Source of the DNA: Chitinophaga pinensis
GTDB lineage: Bacteria; Bacteroidota; Bacteroidia; UKL13-3
DNA length: 64,000 nt
Reading direction: 5' to 3'
Assembly (NCBI GenBank): GCA_945861965.1
Contig: CAMAWM010000008.1
Location: 6,353-70,352 of the forward strand
In this document: positions 1-9,003 of the stretch, in pieces
How positions within the stretch are numbered: the first letter of the stretch is position 1
Layout of the letters: each line of letters starts with the position of its first letter
Made by a program: the position numbers and the translations under genes
Notes under the pieces: generated by a model
The model's input: the letters and a program-made list of their open reading frames with translations, nothing else
Told to the model about the DNA's origin: nothing
The model's database searches: none

Positions 1-422
1 AGCCAAATCGTTTTGCCCGATATTTTGCCAATACCCGACATGGACAATGGATAATATGCATTCGGTTTTATTGCTTGATGAACAATGTTTATTTTGTTAT
101 TATTTAACTCAAATGAAAACATACGGTATCCAATTTTTTTGAAGCTAAACGTTTGTGTGTATTGTTCGTTTTCGCCACGCGGAAGCAAATTCATTGATTG
201 AAAATTGTCAATCAAAAATTCGTACGCTAATTTTTCGCCACGGCTTCCAGTCAATCGCCCTTCTAATTTATCGCTAGCCAAATAATTAATATTTGTTACC
301 AACGAATTGATAATATCGCCATCCGATTTTGGAATTTGGGCTGCTGCAAAATTGCAAAATACAAATCCGCAAATTGCGAATTGAAAAAATAGTAGCGATT
401 TACTTTTTGATAAATAGTTCAT
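1..422 (-). CDS. M28-family peptidase, N-terminal part only. The gene continues beyond the window start.
   Basis: Not in the ORF track because it runs off the edge. Manual reverse-complement translation from the ATG at 420-422 gives MNYLSKSKSLLFFQFAICGFVFCNFAAAQ, a signal peptide. This is followed by DKLEGRLTGSRGEKLAYEFLIDNFQSMNLLP, typical of the N-terminus of M28/PA-domain aminopeptidases. It overlaps the tauE-like stop by 23 nt. Confidence 0.45.
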   Translation of the reverse strand, partial: MNYLSKSKSLLFFQFAICGFVFCNFAAAQIPKSDGDIINSLVTNINYLASDKLEGRLTGSRGEKLAYEFLIDNFQSMNLLPRGENEQYTQTFSFKKIGYRMFSFELNNNKINIVHQAIKPNAYYPLSMSGIGKISGKTIW

Positions 423-1227
423 ACAGTATATTTATAAATATAATGCTTGCAAAAGTAACAAACACAAAACGAATAGTTTTTTGATTTGATTTTTGAGATG
501 CTTTTACTCCCATTGGTGCAAATACGAATGCGGCTAAAATCATTGGCAAAACAACTGGAAATATTACGTATCCAATTTGCCATTGGCTTGCTACAAATTG
601 TGCAGGTGTGATTAGATTATGAATCCCAACTAAGATGGCAAATAAGGGTATTACTCCGTTTGAAATAGAACTTGCTTTTTTAATGTTTTGTTTCAGAATA
701 TCAGTAAAAACGGGCGTCATTATTACGCCCCCACCTAAGCCAGAGAAAGCGGTAATAATTCCAGAAAAAAATCCGGTTAAATTGTATTGATAATTTTTGG
801 CAATATGTATCTCATTGGTTTCGCTTGTTGGTTTCGCAAAAAACATGCGTACAATAATTACCAAAAGCAATGCAGCAAAAACATATAAATAAATGCTGCG
901 AACATACCAAGTTCCTGATTTAATTAAATGGGTTAGAACAAGCGCACTTGCAATTCCGGGAATGGCAGTATGAAGAATTTCTTTCGGAAAAAAATTTCCA
1001 ATTTTGTATTGTTTGAAACTTGAAACCGAGCCCGAAAAAATTATTGTAAAAAGCGAGTTGGCTAAAATTCCTTTCACCAACACATCATCGTGCATGCCCA
1101 ATTTGGATAAAAAATAATCGAGCACTGGAATGTAAATGATTCCTCCGCCAACACCTAAAAAACCAGAAATAAACGCACCCAAACACCCAAATAAAGTTAT
1201 GTAAATATAGTCGCTGAGTTCAAGCAT
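400..1227 (-). CDS. TauE/SafE (DUF81) family sulfite/anion exporter, membrane protein
   Basis: 275 aa, polytopic and hydrophobic. Two glycine-rich repeats (GFLGVGGGIIYIPVL and GLGGGVIMTPVF) are characteristic of the TauE/SafE family. Confidence 0.75.
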   Translation of the reverse strand: MLELSDYIYITLFGCLGAFISGFLGVGGGIIYIPVLDYFLSKLGMHDDVLVKGILANSLFTIIFSGSVSSFKQYKIGNFFPKEILHTAIPGIASALVLTHLIKSGTWYVRSIYLYVFAALLLVIIVRMFFAKPTSETNEIHIAKNYQYNLTGFFSGIITAFSGLGGGVIMTPVFTDILKQNIKKASSISNGVIPLFAILVGIHNLITPAQFVASQWQIGYVIFPVVLPMILAAFVFAPMGVKASQKSNQKTIRFVFVTFASIIFINILYELFIKK

Positions 1228-1230
1228 TGT

Positions 1231-2898
1231 TTACTTTGTTTTTTTTGCCGAACCGTTTAATAATGACTCAAACTTGTTTGTATCGGCAAATAATTTTATC
1301 GCTTCCTGAATGTCCGAATCGTTATCAAATCCAGCTTCAGTTCTGCCCTTTTGATAATAATATCTGCGAATTATTTCTTCTTCTAGTATCGACATTATTT
1401 CGCTTTTGTTTTTATCTGTATCTGCCAATTTATCGTGTTTCAATTTGTTTTTTAAATTTTCATAATGCTCTTTTATCGCATCAAAATATTTTTCGTCTTC
1501 TGCTTTTTTCTTCAACTCTTCCAAAGCAATTTCACTCGCTGTTTTGTATTCGTAACTTTTATTTGAAATGAACTTTTTAAAGCTTTCAAATTCTGCATCG
1601 CTTAGTTTAAATTCTTTTGCGCCAATAATTTTATCGTACTGGTATCTGTATTGTGTTGCGAAATCAAAAATCAATTGATTTGTAATCAAACTTATTGAAA
1701 TTTTTGACAGCACTTGCTGCTCTACTTTTATATCAGGATCTACACCACCTCCATCAAACACTTTACGACCATTTTTGGTTACAAAGGATTTGCGTAAACT
1801 ATCAGCTACAGTGCCTACACTTCCATCTTCTTTTTTACGACTGTAATCCAATGCCTGAATGCATCTTCCAGATGGAGTGTAATATTTGGCAGTAGTAATT
1901 TTTACTTGCGCATTGTAATTTAAAGCACGTGTTGATTGAACCAATCCTTTGCCAAATGTTCGTTGTCCAATCACAACTCCTCGGTCTAAATCCTGAATGC
2001 TTCCGCTTACAATTTCGCTTGCCGATGCCGAAGAATGATTAGCTAAAACTATCAATGGTATTTTTGCATCAATTACCGGATTAAGTGTTCGGTAAATCTT
2101 GTTCCATTCCTTTACTTTTCCTTTTGTACTTACTATTTCTTGAGCTTGTGGAACAAACACATTCACAATATTAACAGCTTCGTGAAGCAAACCTCCAGGG
2201 TTTCCTCTAACATCCAAAATCACATTTTTTAACGCATTGTTTTTCTTCAGTTCAAGCAAAGCATCTTTTACTTCTTTGCCCGCATTTTCGGTAAATCCGG
2301 TAAGATTAATGTATCCGGTTTCGTTGTTTATCATTCCAAAATAGGGAACGTTATTAAATTTAATCTCTTCGCGAGTCAAGGTTTTGCTAAGCTCTTTTCC
2401 ATCTCTTTTTATCAGCAAAGCCACTTTTGTTCCGGCTTGTCCTTTTAGCAATTTGCTAATGTCTTGTGTGTTTTTTCCTTGAGTCGATTTTCCTTCAATT
2501 TCTAAAATTAAATCTCCAGCCATCAAGCCTTCTTTTTGTGCCGGAAATCCTTCATAAGGATCTGTAATTACTGTAAATCCATCGTGTGTTGAGATTTGCG
2601 CGCCAATTCCTCCGTATTGTCCAGTCATCTGAAATCTAAAATCTTCGGCTTCGGCCTCGCTGATGTAATTGGTATAAGGATCCAAGGTGTTCAGCATTTC
2701 GTCAATGGCCTTTTTGGTCATTTTCCCTGCATCTACTTCGTCAACATAAAAGGTGTTTACCTCTTTAAAAACGGATGCAAAAAGATCGAGGTTTTTTGAA
2801 ATCTCGAAGTAATTATCAATGACCGTAAACGAAAAAAAGCTAATACAAACTAATGGAATAAGCAGGTATTTGCGTTTTATATTTTTCAGTATTTTCAT
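1231..2898 (-). CDS. Carboxyl-terminal processing protease (S41 family, PDZ domain)
   Basis: Motifs LDVRGNPGGLL..., SASASE and the trailing K are hallmarks of S41 Ctp/Prc peptidases. The track ORF (to 3057) runs through a tRNA gene, so I trimmed the start to the ATG at 2896-2898 (MKILKNIKRKYLLIPLVCISFF, signal/TM). Confidence 0.8.
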   Translation of the reverse strand: MKILKNIKRKYLLIPLVCISFFSFTVIDNYFEISKNLDLFASVFKEVNTFYVDEVDAGKMTKKAIDEMLNTLDPYTNYISEAEAEDFRFQMTGQYGGIGAQISTHDGFTVITDPYEGFPAQKEGLMAGDLILEIEGKSTQGKNTQDISKLLKGQAGTKVALLIKRDGKELSKTLTREEIKFNNVPYFGMINNETGYINLTGFTENAGKEVKDALLELKKNNALKNVILDVRGNPGGLLHEAVNIVNVFVPQAQEIVSTKGKVKEWNKIYRTLNPVIDAKIPLIVLANHSSASASEIVSGSIQDLDRGVVIGQRTFGKGLVQSTRALNYNAQVKITTAKYYTPSGRCIQALDYSRKKEDGSVGTVADSLRKSFVTKNGRKVFDGGGVDPDIKVEQQVLSKISISLITNQLIFDFATQYRYQYDKIIGAKEFKLSDAEFESFKKFISNKSYEYKTASEIALEELKKKAEDEKYFDAIKEHYENLKNKLKHDKLADTDKNKSEIMSILEEEIIRRYYYQKGRTEAGFDNDSDIQEAIKLFADTNKFESLLNGSAKKTK

Positions 2899-2959
2899 GT
2901 TTGCAAGGTATGTTTTTGGTGCAAAAGTAAACGAAGCTATTTGAAATTTGTTTTGGCAC

Positions 2960-2995
2960 AAAAAAAGAAAAAGGCGAGAACTTCGTCTCGCCTTT
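2960..2995 (-). terminator. Rho-independent terminator downstream of tRNA-Phe
   Basis: Stem GGCGAGA (2973-2979) and TCTCGCC (2986-2992) with a 6-nt loop. On the minus strand it is followed by a T-rich run (complement of aaaaaagaaaaa, 2961-2972). Confidence 0.5.
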
Positions 2996-2999
2996 AATG

Positions 3000-3072
3000 T
3001 GGTGTGGGAGGGAATCGAACCCCCGACACAAAGATTTTCAGTCTTTTGCTCTACCAACTGAGCTACCGCACC
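3000..3072 (-). tRNA. tRNA-Phe (anticodon GAA)
   Basis: Reverse complement GGTGCGGTAGCTCAGTTGGTAGAGCAAAAGACTGAAAATCTTTGTGTCGGGGGTTCGATTCCCTCCCACACCA folds as a cloverleaf. Acceptor GGTGCGG/CCACACC, D-arm GCTC..GAGC, anticodon stem AAAGA/TCTTT with loop CTGAAAA (anticodon GAA), T-arm GGGGG-TTCGATT-CCCTC. Confidence 0.9.
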
Positions 3073-3176
3073 TTTTTAGGGCTGCGAATGTACGCTTAAA
3101 ATATTTTAGCACAAAAAATATTTTAGTTTATACAAAACTAAAATTCAATTAATATTGCTTAACAAAGCAGCAGCGT

Positions 3177-4478
3177 ATGATTTCACAAATTTTGTTTGTT
3201 CTACTTTCGGCAATTGCCACATTCATCTTTGTTAAAAACCTTGGCAAAATCCGTAGAAATATTTTGTTGGGGAAAGATATAGACCTAAGCGACAATAAGC
3301 CTTTGCGATTTAAGAACATGCTAAAATTGGCTTTCGGACAAACAAAAATGGCGGTTCGTCCTGTTCCTTTTGTGTTGCATTTTTTTGTGTATGCCGGATT
3401 TATTTTAATCAATATTGAAGTGATTGAAATAATGATTGACGGAATGTTTGGAACGCATCGTTCGCTCTCGTCTTTTGGATTAGTATACAATTTGGCCATT
3501 GGGTTTTTCGAAATGCTTGCACTTTGTACATTGATTTCTTGTATCGTTTTTTTGATTCGCAGGTATATTGTAAAGCTCAAACGATTTACAAGTTCTGATT
3601 TAAAAGGATTTCCCAATCAGGATGCCGCAACTATTTTATTTATCGAAATTTTGTTAATGGGCGCCTTGCTCAAACTAAATGCGATTGATTTTATATTACA
3701 GCAACGAGGCGTAGCGCATTTTATTCCTGTTGGATCGTTTCCAATTAGCTCTTGGTTGATTGCGCCCATGTTGTCGAATTATTCAACCGAAACTTTGCTG
3801 ATATTGGAGCGCATCGCTTGGTGGTTTCATATAATCGGAATTTTTCTGTTTATGAATTACCTCCCATTCAGCAAGCATTTTCATATCATCATGGCGTTTC
3901 CAAACACATGGTTTTCAAACTTAAAAGCAAAAGGCGCGCTCAATAATATGTCGTCTGTTACACAAGAAGTAAAACTGATGTTGGATCCAAATGCTGCAAT
4001 TCCGGATGGATATCAACCGCCAACAAGTTTTGGTGTAAAAGACGTTTTTGATTTGACATGGAAAAATTTGATGGATGCCTACACGTGTACAGAATGTGGA
4101 AGATGCAGCAGTGTGTGCCCAGCAAATACAACTGGCAAAAAACTTTCGCCCAGAAAAATAATGATGGACACTCGTGATAGGTTAGAAGAGGTTGGAAAAA
4201 ACATAGACAAAAACAAAACTTTTGTTGACGATGAAAAAAATCTTCATAACTATATTTCAGATGAAGAACTTTGGGCTTGCACTACTTGCAACGCCTGCGT
4301 TGAAGCCTGTCCGATAAACATAAATCCGATGGAGGTAATTGTAGAAATGCGAAGGTTTAAAGTAATGGAAAAATCTTCTGCTCCAGCATCCATCAATGCA
4401 ATGTTTAACAATATGGAAAACAATCAAGCGCCTTGGCAATTTAGCCCAATGGACAGAGCTAACTGGACAGAGGAATAA
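3177..4478 (+). CDS. Membrane-anchored Fe-S cluster-binding oxidoreductase subunit. Multi-TM N-terminal domain plus two CxxCxxCxxxCP [4Fe-4S] motifs (heterodisulfide-reductase/GlpC-like).
   Basis: About 5 predicted TM helices in the first 250 aa. Then CTECGRCSSVCP and CTTCNACVEACP ferredoxin-type motifs. No CCG domain partner nearby. Confidence 0.6.
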   Translation: MISQILFVLLSAIATFIFVKNLGKIRRNILLGKDIDLSDNKPLRFKNMLKLAFGQTKMAVRPVPFVLHFFVYAGFILINIEVIEIMIDGMFGTHRSLSSFGLVYNLAIGFFEMLALCTLISCIVFLIRRYIVKLKRFTSSDLKGFPNQDAATILFIEILLMGALLKLNAIDFILQQRGVAHFIPVGSFPISSWLIAPMLSNYSTETLLILERIAWWFHIIGIFLFMNYLPFSKHFHIIMAFPNTWFSNLKAKGALNNMSSVTQEVKLMLDPNAAIPDGYQPPTSFGVKDVFDLTWKNLMDAYTCTECGRCSSVCPANTTGKKLSPRKIMMDTRDRLEEVGKNIDKNKTFVDDEKNLHNYISDEELWACTTCNACVEACPININPMEVIVEMRRFKVMEKSSAPASINAMFNNMENNQAPWQFSPMDRANWTEE

Positions 4479-4481
4479 TAA

Positions 4482-4964
4482 TTATACAACTGGTTTAAAT
4501 TGTTCGAACGCTTGCAGGCAATTGTTGCAATAGTGAAGACTTCTGCAAAGTGTTGGGCCAAAGGGTGATTTCATTTCTACATTTGCACTTTCACAAAACG
4601 GACATAAAATATTTTCGAGCAATTGTTCAGTAATTTCTCCTTTGTGTTTTGGAGGTGGTGCAAGTCCGTGTTTTTTTAAATGTTGCAATCCGCGTTCGCT
4701 TATCAAGTTGCTGTTCCAGGGCTTGTTAAAAGTTGTTTTAACTTCTGCTTCCAACCCCATTTCTTTTATTTTATCGCGCACCATTTGCTCCATCATTTTC
4801 AATGCAGGGCAGCCTGCAAATGTTGGAGTCATTTCAACATACACTTTCTCATTTTCAATTTTTACTTGTGTAATAATGCCCATGTCAACCATCGAAATTG
4901 TTGGAATTTCAGGATCCATTACGCTTTCTAATACTTGCCAAATATCTTGTTCTGTGTAGGTCAT
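4482..4964 (-). CDS. DUF59 (MIP18/PaaD-like) Fe-S assembly-related protein with C-terminal Cys-rich zinc-ribbon
   Basis: N-terminus MDPEIPTISMVDMGII..VEMTPTFAGCP is the DUF59/PaaD/SufT signature. C-terminus has CPFC....C....CNNC cysteines, as in PaaD. Confidence 0.6.
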   Translation of the reverse strand: MTYTEQDIWQVLESVMDPEIPTISMVDMGIITQVKIENEKVYVEMTPTFAGCPALKMMEQMVRDKIKEMGLEAEVKTTFNKPWNSNLISERGLQHLKKHGLAPPPKHKGEITEQLLENILCPFCESANVEMKSPFGPTLCRSLHYCNNCLQAFEQFKPVV

Positions 4965-4973
4965 TTTTTTTAA

Positions 4974-6209
4974 TTATACCAAATTTACGAGTGTCATCTC
5001 CAATCCTTTTTTCAAAAGCCCCTTTGGTTTTGGATTAAATTGATGCAGTCGCATCAATGCTTGCCAAATAATTTTTGAGGTATCTCTGAAAATTGCTTCA
5101 TCGCTCAAATCCACTTCATCGTTGCTTTCGCAATAAGCAAACACACGCGCCATTCCGCAATTGGCAATAAAATCTGGAATGATTGCAAGTTGTTCATCGG
5201 TGAAGTTTGCAATGGGTCCCATAAATATTTCTTCATCCGCAAATGGCACATTTGCACCGCAGCTAATTACTTCCAAATCGTTTTCAAGCATTTTTGTAAT
5301 TTGCTCTTTAGTTACCAAACGAGATGCTGCAGCCGGAACAAAAATTTCGGCACCTATTTCCCAAATTTTTTCGTTCACTTCTTCAGCACTTATCATATCT
5401 GGATGTGATAATGAATTGCCGTTTTTGCTTAAAAATAAATCTTTTATTTCCTCTTTGCTAAAACCTGTTGCACGAATTAATCCAGCTTCGCGATCAATAA
5501 TTCCAACTACCAAAACGCCATACAAACTTAAATAATAAGCTGCTGCTGCAGCCACATTTCCCCATCCTTGAATAATGGCACGTTTCATATTTATGTTTCC
5601 GCCCCAAATGCTGTAAAAATGGCGTACCGCTTCAGCCACGCCAAATCCAGTAATCATGTCAGCTACAACCAAATGTTTATTTACATCGGGAGAAAACCGT
5701 TCATCGTCTAATTTTTTTGAAACACCAATCTGCAAATTCTGAATGCGTTTTTGTTTCGATGCAGCATCAACTTTAAAATGTCCGTTTACTGTTCCTTCTT
5801 GTGGATGTAACAAACCAAATTTTTCGGTAATCGGAATTACTTCATGTATTTCATCAATGTTTAAATCGCCACCAGTTCCATAATAATTTTTCAGCAAGGG
5901 CATTACGGCTTGATACCATCTTTCTAAAACTTCTTTTTTTCGAGGATCTGTGGGGTCAAAATTTATCCCGGATTTTGCACCGCCAATTGGAGGTCCTGAA
6001 ATAAAAAATTTCAATTCCATAGTTTTAGCCAAGGATGTAACTTCGTGTTTATTCAGCCCTTTTCTCATTCGGGTTCCTCCGCCAGCAGCGCCACCTCGCA
6101 ATGAGTTTATTACAAGCCAACCTTCGGCTTCTGTTTGACTATCTTTCCATTCAAAAACAATTTCTGGTTGTTTTTCTTCAAATTTTTTTATCAGTTTTTG
6201 TACTTGCAT
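4974..6209 (-). CDS. Glu/Leu/Phe/Val dehydrogenase family amino-acid dehydrogenase
   Basis: 411 aa. The Gly-rich catalytic region GGAAGGGTRM...GPPIGGAKSG and a C-terminal Rossmann domain GWGNVAAAAAYYL match the ELFV dehydrogenase family. Confidence 0.7.
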   Translation of the reverse strand: MQVQKLIKKFEEKQPEIVFEWKDSQTEAEGWLVINSLRGGAAGGGTRMRKGLNKHEVTSLAKTMELKFFISGPPIGGAKSGINFDPTDPRKKEVLERWYQAVMPLLKNYYGTGGDLNIDEIHEVIPITEKFGLLHPQEGTVNGHFKVDAASKQKRIQNLQIGVSKKLDDERFSPDVNKHLVVADMITGFGVAEAVRHFYSIWGGNINMKRAIIQGWGNVAAAAAYYLSLYGVLVVGIIDREAGLIRATGFSKEEIKDLFLSKNGNSLSHPDMISAEEVNEKIWEIGAEIFVPAAASRLVTKEQITKMLENDLEVISCGANVPFADEEIFMGPIANFTDEQLAIIPDFIANCGMARVFAYCESNDEVDLSDEAIFRDTSKIIWQALMRLHQFNPKPKGLLKKGLEMTLVNLV

Positions 6210-6271
6210 TTTTTTTGATAGTTGATGGTTGTTTGTTTGTTGTCAGTTTGCTATCAACTGACAACCAAAAT

Positions 6272-7348
6272 CTAAATTAGTTTTGAAAAATCTCCGTACA
6301 ACGCACCGCTTACGCTATTGCGGCTTGCACCTGTTACGCTTTTATAAATATTTTCTTTGTTTTCAATTCGCATTACGCCAAGCAATGCAAAAATCAATGC
6401 CTCTTTGTTGTTTATTAATTCAACTGGTGGAATGACAATTTCTGCGTTTGTTTTGCTTTTTATTTTTTCAATTAAAAAATTATTGAAAGCACCTCCGCCA
6501 GTTACCAATATATTTTGTGCCGATGAATTAGTAATAACATTAGCAATTTGTTCGGCAATATGTTCAGATAAAGTCGCCATTTTTCCTTGCTCGCTTGTGT
6601 CAATATGTTTTTTCAGAATGGGCCAAAAATCTGAATTGATCCATTCGCGTCCCAATGATTTTGATTGTGCCAATGTGTAATACTCCAAGCTGTTTAATTC
6701 TTCCAACAAATTTGAATCAACTTCTCCTTGTCTTGCTATCTCACCACCTTCATCAAATTTTAATTTTAGCCAACGCGCCACACGATTAAAAACAATGTTG
6801 CACGGACAAATATCAAACGCTTTTAATTCGTTGTTTTTGGTAAACGAAATGTTCGCAATTCCACCTAAATTAAGACAGGCATCAAATTCAGAAAACAAAA
6901 TTTTATCGCCAATTGGAACCAATGGAGCGCCTTGCCCACCAAGCGCAACATCAGCATTTCTAAAATTACAAACTACAGGCAAATTGCATTCGGCAGCAAT
7001 TGATGCGCCATCGCCAACCTGAGCAGTAAAACCTTTTTCGGGTTGATGAAAAATAGTATGTCCATGAGAAGAAATAAAATCAACTGTCAAACTATTTTCG
7101 CGAATAAATTTTTTAATCAATTGCCCGACATATCGCCCATAAAAAACATCTGTTTTTGGATAAAGTTCTGCGGGTTGTTTGTTAAGTTGTGATAATCGAA
7201 CGCGCCATTTTTCTTCGTAAGGAATGGTTTCGGCAGCTATAATTTTGTACGAATATTTATTGTTTTCTGATAGAATTTCGCAGCACGCCAAATCAATCCC
7301 ATCCATCGATGAGCCACTCATCATTCCAATTACGCTGTATTTTTTCAT
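6272..7348 (-). CDS. anmK: Anhydro-N-acetylmuramic acid kinase
   Basis: N-terminus VIGMMSGSSMDGIDLA matches the AnmK signature (GxMSGTSxDGIDxA). 358 aa, ASKHA fold. Confidence 0.85.
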   Translation of the reverse strand: MKKYSVIGMMSGSSMDGIDLACCEILSENNKYSYKIIAAETIPYEEKWRVRLSQLNKQPAELYPKTDVFYGRYVGQLIKKFIRENSLTVDFISSHGHTIFHQPEKGFTAQVGDGASIAAECNLPVVCNFRNADVALGGQGAPLVPIGDKILFSEFDACLNLGGIANISFTKNNELKAFDICPCNIVFNRVARWLKLKFDEGGEIARQGEVDSNLLEELNSLEYYTLAQSKSLGREWINSDFWPILKKHIDTSEQGKMATLSEHIAEQIANVITNSSAQNILVTGGGAFNNFLIEKIKSKTNAEIVIPPVELINNKEALIFALLGVMRIENKENIYKSVTGASRNSVSGALYGDFSKLI

Positions 7349-7459
7349 CGCTGATTTTTTTGCGTTGCGAATTTAGATTTTTAGTACAAATTTTCTAAAG
7401 CATATTTTACGCATTTGTTTTTCAAATTATTTCTTTTCTTTGTTAAAAAATCTACTCGT

Positions 7460-7663
7460 ATGAAAAAAATAATTTTTAGTCTTTTTGCTATGGTAGTTGT
7501 TTTTGTATCGTGCAGCGATAACAAGCCATTGCCAAACGAAGAACAAAAAACTGTTGACAGTGTATATCAAATAACAGAAGAATCTGCTGACTCCTTGTAT
7601 AAAACAATTATGGCCAAAATGGATTCAATTGATGTTGCTGAAAACATTGATACCACACATTAA
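7460..7663 (+). CDS. Small lipoprotein, function unknown
   Basis: MKKIIFSLFAMVVVFVSCSD is a lipoprotein signal peptide with a lipobox Cys, followed by a short acidic mature peptide. I chose the internal ATG at 7460 over the track start. Confidence 0.4.
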   Translation: MKKIIFSLFAMVVVFVSCSDNKPLPNEEQKTVDSVYQITEESADSLYKTIMAKMDSIDVAENIDTTH

Positions 7664-7705
7664 ATTATTTTTTGTACCTATATTTGCCCTTCAAATTTTT
7701 TTTAG

Positions 7706-8872
7706 TTGAATACAACAAACTCCATTGAACTTAGCATAGTGATGCCATGCCTGAACGAGGCAGAAACGCTTGACACTTGTATAGACAAAGCACAAAGTTG
7801 GCTTCGTAAAAACAATGTTTCTGGCGAAATTGTAATTGGCGATAACGGCAGTACTGATGGCAGTCAAAAGATTGCTGAAGCAAAAGGTGCGCGTGTAATT
7901 GCAGTTCCAAGCAAAGGATACGGAAGCGCATTGATGGGTGCTATTGAAGCATCAAATGGCAAATACGTAATTATGGGCGATAGCGATGACAGTTACGATT
8001 TTGAAAACCTGAATTTGTATGTCGAAAAATTGCGTGAAGGATTTGATTTGGTAATGGGCAATCGATTTAAAGGTGGAATAAAAAAAGGAGCCATGCCATT
8101 TATGCATCGCTATTTAGGAAATCCCGTTTTATCCTTTATCGGTCGTTTGTTTTTCAATTGCCCAGTCAGAGATTTTCATTGCGGCTTGCGTGGGTTTAGA
8201 CAGGATATTGTAAAGCTTTTAGATTTAAAAACAACGGGGATGGAATTTGCAAGTGAGATGGTGGTGAAAGCAACCATTTTCGATTTAAAAATTACCGAAG
8301 TTCCAACCACACTTTCGCCCGATGGAAGGTCTCGTCCGCCACATTTACGCACTTGGCAAGATGGTTGGAGGCATTTGCGCTTTTTGTTAATTTACAGTCC
8401 GCGTTGGTTATTTTTATATCCCGGAATTTTTTTAATGCTGATTGGAGGACTTTTGGGATCCGTATTAATTTTTCAAGGACCGGTGAAATTAACCGATCAA
8501 ATTTATTTTGATACCAACACACTTTTGTATTCGGGCGCATTTATAATCATTGGTTTTCAGTCTGTGTGTTTTGGATTATTTACTCGAGTTTACGCCATCG
8601 AAACTGGATTTTTACCAAAGCGCGATGCGTTGCTAAAATGGTTTAAGTATATTAATCTAGAAACAGGATTAAGAATAGGACTTGTTATAACTTTAATTGG
8701 ACTTGCCGGAAGTTTTTATAGTATTTTTTTATGGAAAGAAACTGATTTTGGGCAAATGAATTATTCTTCCATTTTGCGTTTAGTAATTCCAAGTGTTGTA
8801 TTTATTGTCGTAGGGTTTCAAACTTTATTGGCGAGCTTCTTTTTAAGTGTATTAGGAATGAATAAAAAGTAG
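7706..8872 (+). CDS. Family 2 glycosyltransferase with C-terminal 4-TM domain (polyprenyl-phosphate sugar transferase type, GtrB/ArnC-like)
   Basis: SIVMPCLNEAETL...GDNGSTDGS...GDSDDSYDF are GT2 DxD-type motifs. Four hydrophobic helices at the C-terminus. The start is TTG at 7706 (no in-frame ATG before the GT2 core). GTG at 7739 is the alternative. Confidence 0.75.
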   Translation: MNTTNSIELSIVMPCLNEAETLDTCIDKAQSWLRKNNVSGEIVIGDNGSTDGSQKIAEAKGARVIAVPSKGYGSALMGAIEASNGKYVIMGDSDDSYDFENLNLYVEKLREGFDLVMGNRFKGGIKKGAMPFMHRYLGNPVLSFIGRLFFNCPVRDFHCGLRGFRQDIVKLLDLKTTGMEFASEMVVKATIFDLKITEVPTTLSPDGRSRPPHLRTWQDGWRHLRFLLIYSPRWLFLYPGIFLMLIGGLLGSVLIFQGPVKLTDQIYFDTNTLLYSGAFIIIGFQSVCFGLFTRVYAIETGFLPKRDALLKWFKYINLETGLRIGLVITLIGLAGSFYSIFLWKETDFGQMNYSSILRLVIPSVVFIVVGFQTLLASFFLSVLGMNKK

Positions 8873-9003
8873 GTTTTGGTTTAAAGTGCAAGGTTAAAAA
8901 GTTTAAAGTTGTTCGCGCCTACTTACTAATTAAGCAACAAATAATTTAGTCGGAATCAAACTTTAGACATTAAACTGCAAACTCGGAACAGTATTAAAAA
9001 AAC

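Noticed and set aside
1227-1571. 114-aa ORF on the plus strand (and similar: 1695..1895, 2596..2799, 2840..3031)
   Set aside because: They lie wholly antisense or out of frame within the well-supported S41 protease gene. They are low-complexity, Leu/Phe-rich and typical of AT-rich shadow ORFs.
3149-3616. 155-aa minus-strand ORF overlapping the start of the Fe-S membrane protein gene
   Set aside because: It is antisense to a conserved, motif-bearing gene. It has no recognisable features and an odd Ile/Lys-rich composition.
4642-4959. Two plus-strand ORFs (105 and 83 aa) inside the DUF59 gene
   Set aside because: Shadow ORFs antisense to a gene with a clear family signature.
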